DNA of 37,369 bases from Catajapyx aquilonaris (lineage: Eukaryota), in NCBI GenBank assembly GCA_000934665.2, contig JYFJ02003813.1, positions 1 through 37,369 of the forward strand, read 5' to 3'. The position numbers and the translations under genes are program-made. The notes below the pieces were generated by a model. The model did no database searches, was not told where the DNA came from, and saw only the letters and a program-made list of their open reading frames with translations. How positions within the stretch are numbered: the first letter of the stretch is position 1; each line of letters begins with the position of its first letter. Positions 1-10,490 of this stretch are shown piece after piece.

Positions 1-626
1 TCCATTAAGATAATCGCCTTCGACTTCAAAACATGCGAGATGACGACCCTTCTCCTTAGCGGCACCGGAGAGCGCTACAGACGAGGTGAAAGGCGACCGC
101 GACCGGGCAGCCGGGACCGGCGACTCGCGACCGGATGCTGGTGTTGTGGTGGCTTCGGAACATCTCATTTGGACTGTATAGTTTCACCCTGCTAACGTGG
201 AAATTAGCAGCGGAGGTGATGTTTTCTCAACACTATAGGCCAAGCAAAATTAAAAAATACAAAAATTTTCAAAATTCAGGTTGTCAGTGGTGTTATATCC
301 ACCCTTTCCATGCCATAAGCGTAAGTATCAAGAGGCTGAGAAATGATGATCAGGAGGACAATAGTGAGGCCCAGGAGTCTAATGATGACCACAAGATGAT
401 GACTGCCAGAAGACTAATGACAGTAGCAGTGTTGAAAATGCCAATAGCCATATAACTCAATGAGGGGTAGATCCGGGATATTGACGTTGCCGATGTGGAC
501 AATGAGATTGATGACATCAATCCAGATGAGGATGGCTCAGACACTGAAAACATATTAGATGAGGATGTGGATGGCGAGAACGTTGGCTGTGCCTTTGGCA
601 ATCCAGGTGACCTTGGCTCAGAAATT

Positions 627-843
627 TATTTATTTACCATACCCCAATGGGCCGTACAAGCCTTGGGGGGGGGGGGGGGNNNNGGACAGCATCAGCAGAC
701 AGTTACCGTTGATTTAATTTCATCACAAGTTACATCACAAGAAATTTATACGCTTACTCACGTTGTGCATGAAGTTGTGTAAGTTATGAAAGTTTGAACC
801 CGAGACGTTGTTGGACATCGTAATTAAATTCCCACTTGGGGCG
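627..843 (-). mobile_element. 5'-truncated non-LTR retroelement 3' end
   Basis: Perfect 14-bp TSD ttggctcagaaatt (613-626, 844-857); (TAAA)n tail on the minus strand preceded by a CCCC...GGGG stem; contains the N gap at 680-683. Confidence 0.7.
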
Positions 844-1441
844 TTGGCTCAGAAATTGACAACAAGAACCCAGAAGAAAAATATCAGTCTCAACTTGGAT
901 GATGTCCAGTTTTAAATGAGTTAACCAAAATGTGGCAACAACTTTTAGGACAAAAAATATCCATTCCCACCTGTAGCATTTGGAACTGCAACAATAAAAA
1001 TCTCATTGTAATATTCTTGAGGGTAACGTTCAAAATAAGGAATAATTTTATAGCCATTTGAATGTTTACATTATTGTTTGATGATCATGCAGTTATGCAA
1101 CCCAATTTACTACAGTCCAGTCCAAAAGGACAAGAGGTTGAATTTTAGCCCTACTGCCAGCCAGCAGCAGTAGCCTACCTACCAAAGTCAGCAACTATGC
1201 TACTATATAGTATCCATAAGAATAAAGCTCAAGGAGAATCCTGACTAGTAATAGAAGGGTTATTGGCGTGGCGATGCTTAGCATGATAACAAACGATCCA
1301 CCCAGTCAGTTTCAGAATTTTGGTCAAGTTAGTAGGTACCAGTGGGCACTTCAAAAACACTCTAGACTCTACTCATGTGAACCCACCAAGTTTGACTTGG
1401 AATCTTACATACCACCAAAATTTAATCATACCACCATTTAA

Positions 1442-1912
1442 CCCTTAACTACGTAGGTGGAGCCTGAGAGGCTCCAAGCACTATTTAAACGCATGTAACT
1501 TTTTCATCGAATTTTATTTTCCCCTGTCCTTCCGTGACTTTGTCAGACAAACCTTCCTAAGCATGAAAAGGAAAGAAAAAAAATTTTAGTCCCTATTGTT
1601 CGGTTTAAAAAAATTCGTAACGAGGAACAGGTCCCTCCTGGACTCTATACTGGCTCTACCTATGCAGGTGAAGACTGAGCGGCTCAAGCATGATGTAACC
1701 TTTTAATTAAGAATTTTTCCCTGTCGGAATATGGTGACTCAGCGTGTGATTTTTACGTTATTGGAAGCCTAATGATCTGAACTGCACTTTCTGTATGTGA
1801 AAAGTCCAATATAACAATTTAGTTGATAAGCAGAAATTTAAATATACCGTTGGAGCCTCTCAGGCTCCACCTACGTAGTTAAAGGTGTTTCACCCACCTA
1901 CGTAGTTAAGGG
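1442..1912. mobile_element. piggyBac-like MITE, copy 1
   Basis: TTAA on both sides (1438-1441, 1913-1916); 19-bp TIR cccttaactacgtaggtgg; extra subterminal inverted copy of the end at about 1851-1885. Confidence 0.92.
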
Positions 1913-1924
1913 TTAATGGTGCCA

Positions 1925-2171
1925 ATCCCCATGATAGGCTTCCTTGGGCCTTTTAAGGGATCATCTTTTGATAAAGTGTTTAATCATTGCCTGTACTGTG
2001 ATGGATTTTGATTGTGGAAGGAAACGGGAGAGCCCCGAGAAAACCCACATGAACCTGGAGAGAACCCATTGAAACTCTATCCACTTATCCTCTGTCCGAC
2101 CTGAGGATCGAACTTGGGACCTTAGAGTTGGAAGGCGGTGGTGTTAGCCACTACACAACCATGCCACCCCC
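1925..2171 (-). mobile_element. tRNA-derived SINE family A (V-domain-like core), copy 1
   Basis: A-box-like ttgtgtagtgg and B-box-like aagttcgatcc on the minus strand; aligns over its length with 14765-15060. Confidence 0.85.
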
Positions 2172-2327
2172 AATCCTTAGTTATTAATTGGTTTGAACAT
2201 TGTTCCTAACAATAATGAAAAGCAATGTTTTGACCTTACTATTGATCACACAATTGGGCCTATGGACAATTATTATTAAGGGTCAACAGGTGGAGGGAAA
2301 TGAGAGTCTGTGAGATTTTCACCACTA

Positions 2328-2929
2328 CAGTAAAACTTCTATAAGTCGAACTTCCCTAAGTCGAAGTTCTCTATAAGTCGAAGAAAATGATGAGCTTGGT
2401 TAGTCACAATGTAAAATAATAGGAAATAAACTTCCCTAACTCGAATTTCTATAACTCGAAGTTCTCCATAACTCGAAGTGCAGGCAGGGCCATATGATGG
2501 GATATCAATGCATTTTCAGGCTCCCTAAGTAGAAGTTCATGTTGGGGAGTACAGAAAATTTTCTCATTTCCCAGCCGAAGGGTCGAGAGTAGGCCACATG
2601 TACAGAAAGGCTCAATTTCCTAATCTCCGTCTACCAAACGCACCGAAAGAAGTGTTTGACTCGATTGTGACCATTGAATCCTTGAATCTAAGAGTAGGCA
2701 AATGTCCATCACGGAGATTTTTTTACAGCAAAACAACGAGGAACATTGTTATAAGTGTGACAGTGACAGTTATTTTTAAGTTTTGAACACCTTTTGTCGC
2801 TGGATATAAAGGTAGGCTTCCTTATAGAGTTCTGTGCTTTAAAAAATGCAAACTTCTCTAACTCGAATCTTCTATAACTCGAAGTTTTTTTCCGGTCCCA
2901 TGGAGATTCGACTTATAGAAATTTTACTG
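2328..2929. mobile_element. pogo/Tigger-like (Tc1/mariner superfamily) MITE, full copy
   Basis: TA TSD; 23-bp TIR cagtaaaa(c/t)ttctataagtcgaa with one mismatch; repeated subterminal ctataa(g/c)tcgaa motifs. Confidence 0.9.
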
Positions 2930-3262
2930 TATGTGCATAAGCTCAGTTATGATATACATGTAATAATCACAAATCATGGGCAGTTTGTTATGAGAGTCAC
3001 CTCCTGGAAAACTGTAAACAATTATTGCAACCAGTACATCTTGCTTGGCTCAGACAGTGATTATATTCATGCCTGCCCATTGTCATTTCCTGGCATCGTC
3101 TTGCAGCTCATAAAAGACAATAAGCGATAAAAGGGGGAGTATGAGGTCAGCCCAGTTAATTTCCGGCTGCATATATAATGCTTATAAAGGTGATAAGCAT
3201 GACACTTTCCTTCATCTCTGCTGATAGTGAAGGGCCTGTGCCTTACTGATCCAAGACTCATC

Positions 3263-3340
3263 ATGGCCTCTTCCACCACAAATCCTGAGCCTGTGGCCAA
3301 GTTGGACCTTTTCACCCAAGCAAAATACATCATCTCATTA
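3263..3340 (+). CDS. Candidate small protein gene, coding exon 1 (unknown family)
   Basis: ATG in atcATGG context; 26 codons MASSTTNPEPVAKLDLFTQAKYIISL followed by GTAAGC donor. Phase 0 matches the next exon across a 72-nt intron. An upstream acceptor-like tract near 3205-3226 suggests additional 5' exon(s). Confidence 0.5.
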
Positions 3341-3412
3341 GTAAGCTAAATACGGCATATTCATACATCACTTGGTTTACTTTATGGTTCCAAACGTCCT
3401 TTCTATCTGTAG

Positions 3413-3721
3413 AATCCTTCGGACACCATGTACATATCGCAAATGGCTTATTACCAGAGTAACCCTGGAGAATTTAAGGTAACATACTGCGAGCAAGAGG
3501 GCATCACGGCCTACTTCTTCGTGCCGGCAGGATACCAGCCTGTAGATCTGGTGTGGAAGTTTGGCTGGGTTGGTGTGTATGAGCTGGAGAAGATCCTCAC
3601 CACAACGTTTGTGGATAACTGGTCCTCCCGGCTGTTTACCTGCCCAAGAGTGTCCACCCTTGATCCGCTGCCCTTTCCAAATCACTGGCAGATGGCTGAC
3701 TTTGGGTGTAACTGCGGGTAG
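3413..3721 (+). CDS. Candidate small protein gene, coding exon 2 (128 aa total, unknown family)
   Basis: Acceptor tcctttctatctgtag. 103 codons including TAG: NPSDTMYISQMAYYQSNPGEFKVTYCEQEGITAYFFVPAGYQPVDLVWKFGWVGVYELEKIL...ADFGCNCG*. Globular-looking composition, higher GC than the flanks, AATAAA at 4051-4056. Confidence 0.55.
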   Translation, partial: NPSDTMYISQMAYYQSNPGEFKVTYCEQEGITAYFFVPAGYQPVDLVWKFGWVGVYELEKILTTTFVDNWSSRLFTCPRVSTLDPLPFPNHWQMADFGCNCG

Positions 3722-4140
3722 ACGACTCGCTCTGGGCACCTGGGTCACATTTGGAATGTGATAAGAAGATATTACACAGTATGACATGTGAAAATGGACC
3801 TATTATTTGATCATCAGTCTGTAATGAACCAAGCTGTTACAAATTACAATCTATGAAACTGTGCAACCTTGAAGAAAATATGTCATAAAAATGTCTGCAT
3901 ACTATATTAATTTATGGTCAAAATTTGTTTCACAAGTAGAAATGAAGTGTGATTGTATTGCAATTGGGGGGCAGGTGAAGGAGGGGGTGCAAAAAATGCT
4001 TACATATTCTTACAAACGCCGCGTGTTTGTACTGTATCTTTATAAAACATAATAAAAGGTGCACATTGGTCCACAGTAACTACTGAATGGAATTATTCAT
4101 GGTCAATCGAAATGTGCGAAGAATGGACAGAAATCAAATA

Positions 4141-4472
4141 CAGTAGAACTCCGATTATCCGACTCCTCGGTTTATCTGACCGTCCCACTCCAGCAATAAA
4201 TATATGTTTTCTCATCAAGTACTGTAATGCAGGCCTACCAATCATTTGTTTTGTATTGCCTTAGTTAAATTTTAAACAGCAGAGTGTGTAGCCCACGTAA
4301 AAGATAAATACTTCACTATTTCTTAGAAAAGGGTAATATTGTACACTACTTCATGATCATTATTTTATGCTTTTTGTTGTGCTTTCCTTTGCTCCTTGGA
4401 TTATCCGACCTTTTCTGTTATCTGGCAATACCCCAGTCCCGTGGGTGACGGATAATAATCGGAGTTCTTCTG
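4141..4472. mobile_element. pogo/Tigger-like MITE
   Basis: TA TSD; TIR cag(t/a)agaactccgattat; internal repeats of gattatccgac. Confidence 0.85.
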
Positions 4473-5516
4473 TAAATCAATATTATTGACATTGTTTTCT
4501 GCACAATGTAGCAGTCTTTCCTACAGCAAAAAAAACTTAACCCAATTCATTTTTTGGTTGGCCTCTTCCTGGCTGGCTCGTCACTTTTCCCTTCTGCCTG
4601 TTTTCCTCCTCTTGCTCTTCTTCATGTCACATTCATCCTCTTCCTACCCCTTCCCCTTCTCCACATTTTCTGTATTGCTGGCACTTCCTCGTTTCTGCAT
4701 ATTTTCAGCTACCTTGCATGCCAGCTTGTTGGCAAAACTTTGTTGATCTCACTGTCAAAGCTGGGCCTTGAGCAGCTAGCTGGCTCCTGGTGTGCAGGAT
4801 GTACAGTACTTTGCAATCTGGAAAGAATGTAATGTTCAATGTGATAAGGGAAATTCCAGCATTGTTTGTCTCATGAATTGAATGATTAAGGCTATAGTTA
4901 TTTGCCTTGTCCATAGAAGTGGCAGACTTTAGCAATTTGATAGTATAGCAACATATTTCCCACACCAAACAATATTGTCGAATGTCTGATAAATTATTTG
5001 GCCTCAGCGATATAAGATGAAACAACTCAACAATGAAACAGCAGGTGGGTATCTGGTTATGTTGTAAAGACATTAAAGGACCACTGTCTCCCAATTTAAA
5101 GAGGTGGAAATAATATGAGTAACGTGTGTGCATCTGTCATATCCTTAAAGTAACCTATCATGGCAAAATTGCTGTTAACCTGATTAAAATACAAGGAAAA
5201 GGGAAATGGTGCCCTCTGCCTTCAAGTTTTAATTTGTGGGATATCAACTCTTTAAGTATTGGATCCACCCCTAGACTTGCACATATGCCCTACCCCAGGG
5301 AACATCACTGGGAACTTTGACCTGGTGCCACACAGGTTGGTGGAGGCAGAGGTGGCCTCTTGAACCTGGAGTTGTCATCATCAAAGATATCATCAGAATC
5401 GTCCCCATTTTCCAGCTTATTCTCAACTGGGGTCTTCTTGGACTGATTGGATTTTCCCTTCTTGTGAGATGAATTAGGGGATGAATCCTCAGCCTATTTT
5501 GGACTACCCTTCCAGT

Positions 5517-6056
5517 GTCCCCCTAAAGGGGCTCTGCCCCCAACAATGGGCGGGTTACTTAATCCTTAACTACGTTCTACCTAGGTGGGCGAAACACCTT
5601 TAACTACGTAGGTGGAGCCAACGGTATATTTAAATTTCTGCTTATCAACTAAATTGTTATATTGGACTTTTCACATACAGAATGTGCAGTTCAGATCATT
5701 AGGCTTTCGAAAACGTAAAAATCACGCGCTGAGTCAGCATTATTATTCCGACAGGGGAATTTTTTTAAATTAAAAGGTTACATCATGTTTGAGCCGCTCG
5801 GGCTTCACCTGCATAGGTAGAGCCTGAGCGGTTCCAGGAGGGACCTGTTCCTCGTTACGAATGTTTTTAAACCAAAGAATAGGGACTAAAAAATTTTTTC
5901 TTTCCTTTTCATGCTTAGGAAGGTTTTTCTGACAAAGTCACGGAAGGACAGGGGAAAACAAAATTCCATGAAAAAGTTACATGCGTTTAAATAGTGCTTG
6001 GAGCCTCTCAGGCTCCACCTACGTAGTTAAGGGTTAAATAAAATAAAAATAACTAA
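5517..6056 (+). mobile_element. Very short retroelement 3' tail hosting piggyBac MITE copy 2
   Basis: TSD gactaccct(t)ccagt (5502-5516, 6057-6070); stem-loop ccccctaaaggggc-tct-gcccc and A-rich tail ataaaataaaaataactaa, separated by the MITE. Confidence 0.65.
5563..6033. mobile_element. piggyBac-like MITE, copy 2 (inverted relative to copy 1)
   Basis: TTAA at 5559-5562 and 6034-6037; reverse complement of 1442-1912 along its length with small indels. Confidence 0.92.
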
Positions 6057-6407
6057 GACTACCCTCCAGTTCTTGCCATTCTCCCCAGATGGGCCCTCTG
6101 AGGATCAGCTCAATCATCATCTACCACCTTCTACAAGTCTCGTGAATCAGGAGGAGGCTGTGATGCATTTTCCTCAGCAGCTGGCACATACCTTCAAGGC
6201 AAGCACAGCTTAGCATAGGCCTACTTGTTCTATCAAATATTAGTGGTTGAGCATTGAGTCCATTCCCCGATCTCTCACTTCCTGTCAGACATGTTCATCT
6301 CCTTATTCCCAAAATCATTTCATCTCAGGGGTTTCATAATTGTGCAACCATATAATAGGCCAACAAGGGCAACCATACATTTGTTAATCTGACTGTTGAG
6401 AAAGTAC

Positions 6408-6764
6408 CAATCTCAGATCAAACTCAAACTCAGCAGTGAGTTGGACGTCTGCAGCCAACAATTATTCCTGTACCTGTCTTAGTTCTGTGTAATATCTTTT
6501 AAGACATTGCTGCACCCTTGGTCACTAGGTATAGCATGCCTGCCATCAACCTTCTTCTTTAGTTCCACAATGATAGGGATCATGTTTTCCAGCATGTTTT
6601 GCTTAACCACATGTGACAGCACAGTCTGATGCACTGCTGCTATAAGGACATTCTCTTCGTTTCCATTATCTCCACCTGCACTGCCTTCTGAGTGAGTTGT
6701 TATGAAGGGCATGTTTCAGGGTAGACAGCTTTATCTCCTCAGAACGCAAGATCCACAGGGCATT
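6408..6764 (-). pseudogene. Cap-D3: Disrupted exon of condensin II subunit Cap-D3 (NCAPD3-like)
   Basis: Acceptor tgtttcttttccag, then NALWILRSEEIKLSTLK /frameshift/ ...VLSHVVKQNMLENMIPIIVELKKK...VLKDITQN* /frameshift/ QVQE*LLAADVQLTAEFEFDLR. Colinear with the NCAPD3 C-terminal HEAT region as recalled (VLSSKEIKL...[20 protein letters not shown]...LREVMQDY...FFAVDKQLASELEYDMK). Contains frameshifts and stops. Confidence 0.72.
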
Positions 6765-7391
6765 CTGGAAAAGAAACAATCAGGATACAAGTGAGTGGAC
6801 AGTCTGATATCAAAGCATAGCTCAGAGATATGCTTGGAGAAATCCACGTACAGCCAGTAAAGACGGTACACTGTGGGCAAGACCAGTGAGCTGAGTGAGC
6901 TACGCACTGACTCTTGAGTTGCTTTTGTGAGCTGGCAGCCAAGATTGAAGGGAGTGTGCTTGGTGACAAGTAGATGCCTTAGTTTCTTACAGGTTAAATA
7001 AATAAATGAAGGTATTGTATGCATAATGCACAACTGGCACGGATATCTGTAAGTAAGGTGCTCCAACACATGGGTGTAGGATGCATATGGGAATGTTTTG
7101 ATATTTTCAGTAACACACCAAAACTTGCAGGTGTCTCAGGTTCGTTACATAGTATGAAACATACAGAGATCACCCCCAACAACTTTTGCATAGCAATCTA
7201 AGGAGGGCATCAGGTTGCATCACACAGACATGCTTGAGAAGTGACATAATGAATGACAATACTCATAGAGCACGCCCAATGCAGTCAGCACACACAGTTG
7301 CAAGTCTGAGCAGCTGGTGCCAAAGGACAGCAACACAGGACAATCTTAAGGTTGGCATTGCTTAGTACAGATGTTCAGCTTCCCATTAGTG

Positions 7392-7734
7392 GGTACTGTG
7401 TGGACCTCACATCAAGGTATTACACTGACCTTTATTTTAATCGCATACATACGATACATGCTGCTGCTGCAACGCCTTGCTCCCTGGGCGTGGGGGGAAG
7501 AGGAGGTTCCCAAGGGTTAAATAGTTTCTAGTCATATCTGACCCTCTTGAATACCAGACCTTTTCTCCTGGCCTGGGCAGAGAAGGGAGTGCGAATCTGC
7601 CCAGATATGTCAGGTGAAAAGTGGAAAAAGACCCAACCAAGCGAAGGTGATGGGGATGGGATTTGAACCTCAGACCTCCCACTTGGCTGGCCAGTAGCAT
7701 AGCCACTAGACCACCCTGCCCCCCCCCNNNNNCC
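7392..7734 (-). mobile_element. tRNA-derived SINE family B, copy 1
   Basis: 16-bp TSD cagcttcccattagtg (7376-7391, 7735-7750); head ggtggtctagtgg...ggttcaaatcc; aligns with 29322-29550. Confidence 0.85.
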
Positions 7735-8785
7735 CAGCTTCCCATTAGTGTGATATAGAGTGGGATTCCACAAAAAGATGAATTGGCCCTTTATATCAAT
7801 CTTAAAAATGCAGCTCCTAAAAATATCCATTTGTGGACAAAAAAAATCTATGGAACCGGTAATGTATAAAATGCCAGCAATTTCCAGAAAACATGTTACA
7901 TTCCAGAGCATGGCAACTTGAACCTGCTCGCCTAGACTCATTCCTTCACTCAGTTTACATGTGACAAACATTTGCAACCTGCTTCTGTGCCTAGCATTTT
8001 TCGAAGCTCCATTATGCAGTTCACATTATCCTTTTCAAAATAATCTTTAAAAAATGAAAACGTGAAAGGTGGAAAATGCTTGGGGGTGGCCTGGGGTAGG
8101 TGGTTGGATTTTGGATCAGATCCTCACACCAATGCAATGCAATGGTGTGTAGTGTGGCCGGGGCCGATTGAGAGGTCAGTTTGGATGCTCATTGTGGTCG
8201 GGAAGGATTTTTGCCACCGGTCACAATATATTCACATTGTGTATCTGAAGACTTCATGAAAAAATTATTTCTGATGCTACGGAATGGATTTTCAAAAGGA
8301 GTTGGCGCATTACACTGTGCAACAATCAACCATCCACTGGTCCTGATTGGTGTAGGATGATTGCCACCTAACCTGACAGACATACCCCCAGCTACGATAA
8401 CAGGGAACCTCAACAATTGAATAAATTGAATCCCAACAGACACTGCGAAACATACCTTCTTGCACAAAACATCGTAACATGTGAATAATGATGCCTATTG
8501 CGATGGGCATAGATTACTAGTGAGTTCAGGTTTTGCTGAACAGTTTTGAACACAAGCAGCTATGTAAAAGTTGGACTATTTCACCAAACTAAGCAAGCCT
8601 CTTGCTAATTCTTACTGCTTACTGCTCATCATGCATCAGGAGTGGAATGCCAGCCAGGATCCAAGAAGTGGTGGTTACAGCAATTTGCACACAAACCCTC
8701 AGACCCGTTCTTAATATCCAATCATGAACATTGATTTACTATAAGGACATAACACTTACACACTCTTGCTGCTAATACAATAAAG

Positions 8786-8951
8786 CAGGATTTCTCAACC
8801 AGGGTTCCGGGAGCAATTGCCAGAGGTTCTGCGAGAAAAGCAATGAATAGGCTAATCCTATGTAAATGTATTTTTGAATAATGAATTTATAAATTTATAA
8901 TGTAATTTTTATGTAGAGTTCTGCAAGGGAAAAAAAGGTTGAGAAACACTG
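8786..8951. mobile_element. hAT-like MITE
   Basis: 8-bp TSD caata(a/g)ag (8778-8785, 8952-8959); TIR cag(ga/tg)tttctcaacc. Confidence 0.85.
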
Positions 8952-9024
8952 CAATAGAGACTAGTCATATGGTGTGACGTCTCCTCACCATGTAGACAAC
9001 TCCAAGGTGATACCTCACCATGTA

Positions 9025-9088
9025 CACGGCTGGGCATAATAGCAGTTCCTTGGAAATTTCCAAGGAACTGCTATTATGTCCAGCCATG
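9025..9088. mobile_element. 64-bp palindromic mariner/Tc1-type mini element
   Basis: TA-flanked near-perfect palindrome cacggctgggcataatagcagttccttggaaa|tttccaaggaactgctattatgtccagccatg with no spacer. Confidence 0.75.
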
Positions 9089-9449
9089 TATAATATGTTC
9101 AGACTCATTCCCATGTGGCCTCTGCTGCTTGGTTTCTAATTGTGCAGGTTCTGATGTCCCCGGCGTGGCACCAGTAGCTTATGTTGGTCAGGCTGCTTGG
9201 GAAGGTCTGTAGAATAAGAATGCGGTTAACTCCAGGGGTGTCTTCAGTGGTGTTGTCTTGTCACTAGCTATCTCCTCCAAATAATGATTTTAGAGAGGTA
9301 GCTTCTTATAGTAGGTGGTAATTGCTTAGTTATCAGGCTGTCCCCCCTATCATAAGTGGTGTGCAAGATAAGTGTTTACTTAGTTCTGCTTCTGGATGTG
9401 CTCACTTCTTATTTTACCAAGTTTTCTGACAATAGTCATTATTCTATAT

Positions 9450-9796
9450 TTTTGTTTTTTGTTTACGTTACCCCGTGATAGGGCCATAGGCCCTTTTAGG
9501 GGGGTGGAATACCACCATCCTTCAATTTTTCTGTAATTTTTCTTCCGACTCCGGTGCAAGGATGAAAGGATGTGGGGTAAGGATGGGGATTTCTGGGGAG
9601 GAGACACAGGTGCAAGTGCAATGTCTGGAAAGGGGTCATGTGCAGTCCCCCAGAAGGCTAGGTTGCCAAGACGCCTCCTAGGCGCGGGTCAGAGACCCAC
9701 TGACGCAGGCGGAAGGGAACTCCCCGGCGGGGATCGAACCCAGGACCTTCTGCTCAGCCAGCTGAGACGTTACCATCTCGGCCACCACACCTCCCC
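9450..9796 (-). mobile_element. tRNA-derived SINE family C
   Basis: 14-bp TSD tcattattctatat (9436-9449, 9797-9810); A box tggccgagatgg, B box ggttcgatccc; 3' stem-loop and A-rich tail. Confidence 0.9.
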
Positions 9797-9809
9797 TCAT
9801 TATTCTATA

Positions 9810-10490
9810 TGATGTGTTCAAATGAAACAATGTGAGGCAATATCTCAGGAGCTATTTGTCTCAGCTGAGTGCTAGTGGTATATCTGGGTAGGCACTTGCA
9901 GAGTAGTTAGTTCATGCAGAGTAGTTAGTGGTCAGTATGCATGTAGTGGGAAGGAGAGCATTTTATGCAAGTCTCCCAGAGCTATGGATTCTTCCAGCAG
10001 GCACAATTCACCATCATCCCTTTTCCTCATCAAGGAAGGAACTTCACCAGTGGACCTTGTCCATTGGATGACAAGGACATGTAGGAAAGCCTGCTTCAAC
10101 CACAACACCTTTGTGGGCAGATTGGTGCAGAAAACCACACAGGAAATGTTTTCTCAAAAGGTCCTCCATGCACACACGTCTGGACAACCTACACCTTTTG
10201 AAGAGAGTCTTGTGGTTGAAACAGACATTCCCATGGTCCTTCGGCATGCAATGGACAATGTCCACTGGTGAGGAAAAAGGATAATGGCGAGTTGTGCATG
10301 TTTGGACGAATCCATAGCCCTGAGAGACTTGCATAAAATGCTCTCCTGCCCACTACATGCACACTGACTACTAACTACTCTGCATGAAAATTAGCCATGC
10401 AAGTGCCTACTGAGATACCACTAGCACTCAGCTGAGACAAATAGTTCCTGAGATATTGCCTCACTTTATGATTCATTTGAACACACCTAT
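9810..10490. mobile_element. Long fold-back mariner-type MITE
   Basis: Arms starting tgtgttcaaatgaa...tgaggcaatatctcagga.ctatttgtctcagctgagtgctagtggta pair for roughly 300 bp. Ends are degenerate, so boundaries are approximate. Confidence 0.85.

Larger units (their letters stand above)
5306..6190 (-). pseudogene. Probable degraded low-complexity C-terminal exon of the same pseudogene, split by a nested insertion
   Basis: The minus strand reads YVPAAEENASQPPPDSRDL*... (6190-6060) and resumes AEDSSPNSSHKKGKSNQSKKTPVENKLENGDDSDDIFDDDNSRFKRPPLPPP (about 5493-5340). The two halves are joined by a duplicated gactaccct(t)ccagt. Assignment to Cap-D3 rests on position only. Confidence 0.35.

Noticed and set aside
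330..626. Acidic ORFs (135-455, 495-782) as a protein-coding gene
   Set aside because: Low-complexity D/E-rich frames broken by stops and frameshifts and by a retro-insertion; possibly a decayed exon or transposase N-terminus, but not identifiable.
2340..2535. CRISPR-like array (recurring ctataa.tcgaa units)
   Set aside because: The units are short, irregularly spaced subterminal repeats of a eukaryotic MITE, with no unique spacers or cas genes.
4486..4832. Hydrophobic plus-strand ORFs as membrane proteins
   Set aside because: They result from a pyrimidine-rich strand. The purine-rich minus strand has an acceptor at about 4818 but stops in all frames, so at most it is a degraded exon.
1442..6033. 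Origin of the 4.6-kb block as a single composite transposition
   Set aside because: MITE copy 2 sits inside a TSD-flanked retro-tail within a pseudo-exon that continues on both sides, so the two MITEs inserted independently.
665..7734. Long G/C runs at 665-685 and 7719-7735 as G-quadruplex elements
   Set aside because: Both contain Ns, so their true length and sequence are unresolved assembly artefacts.
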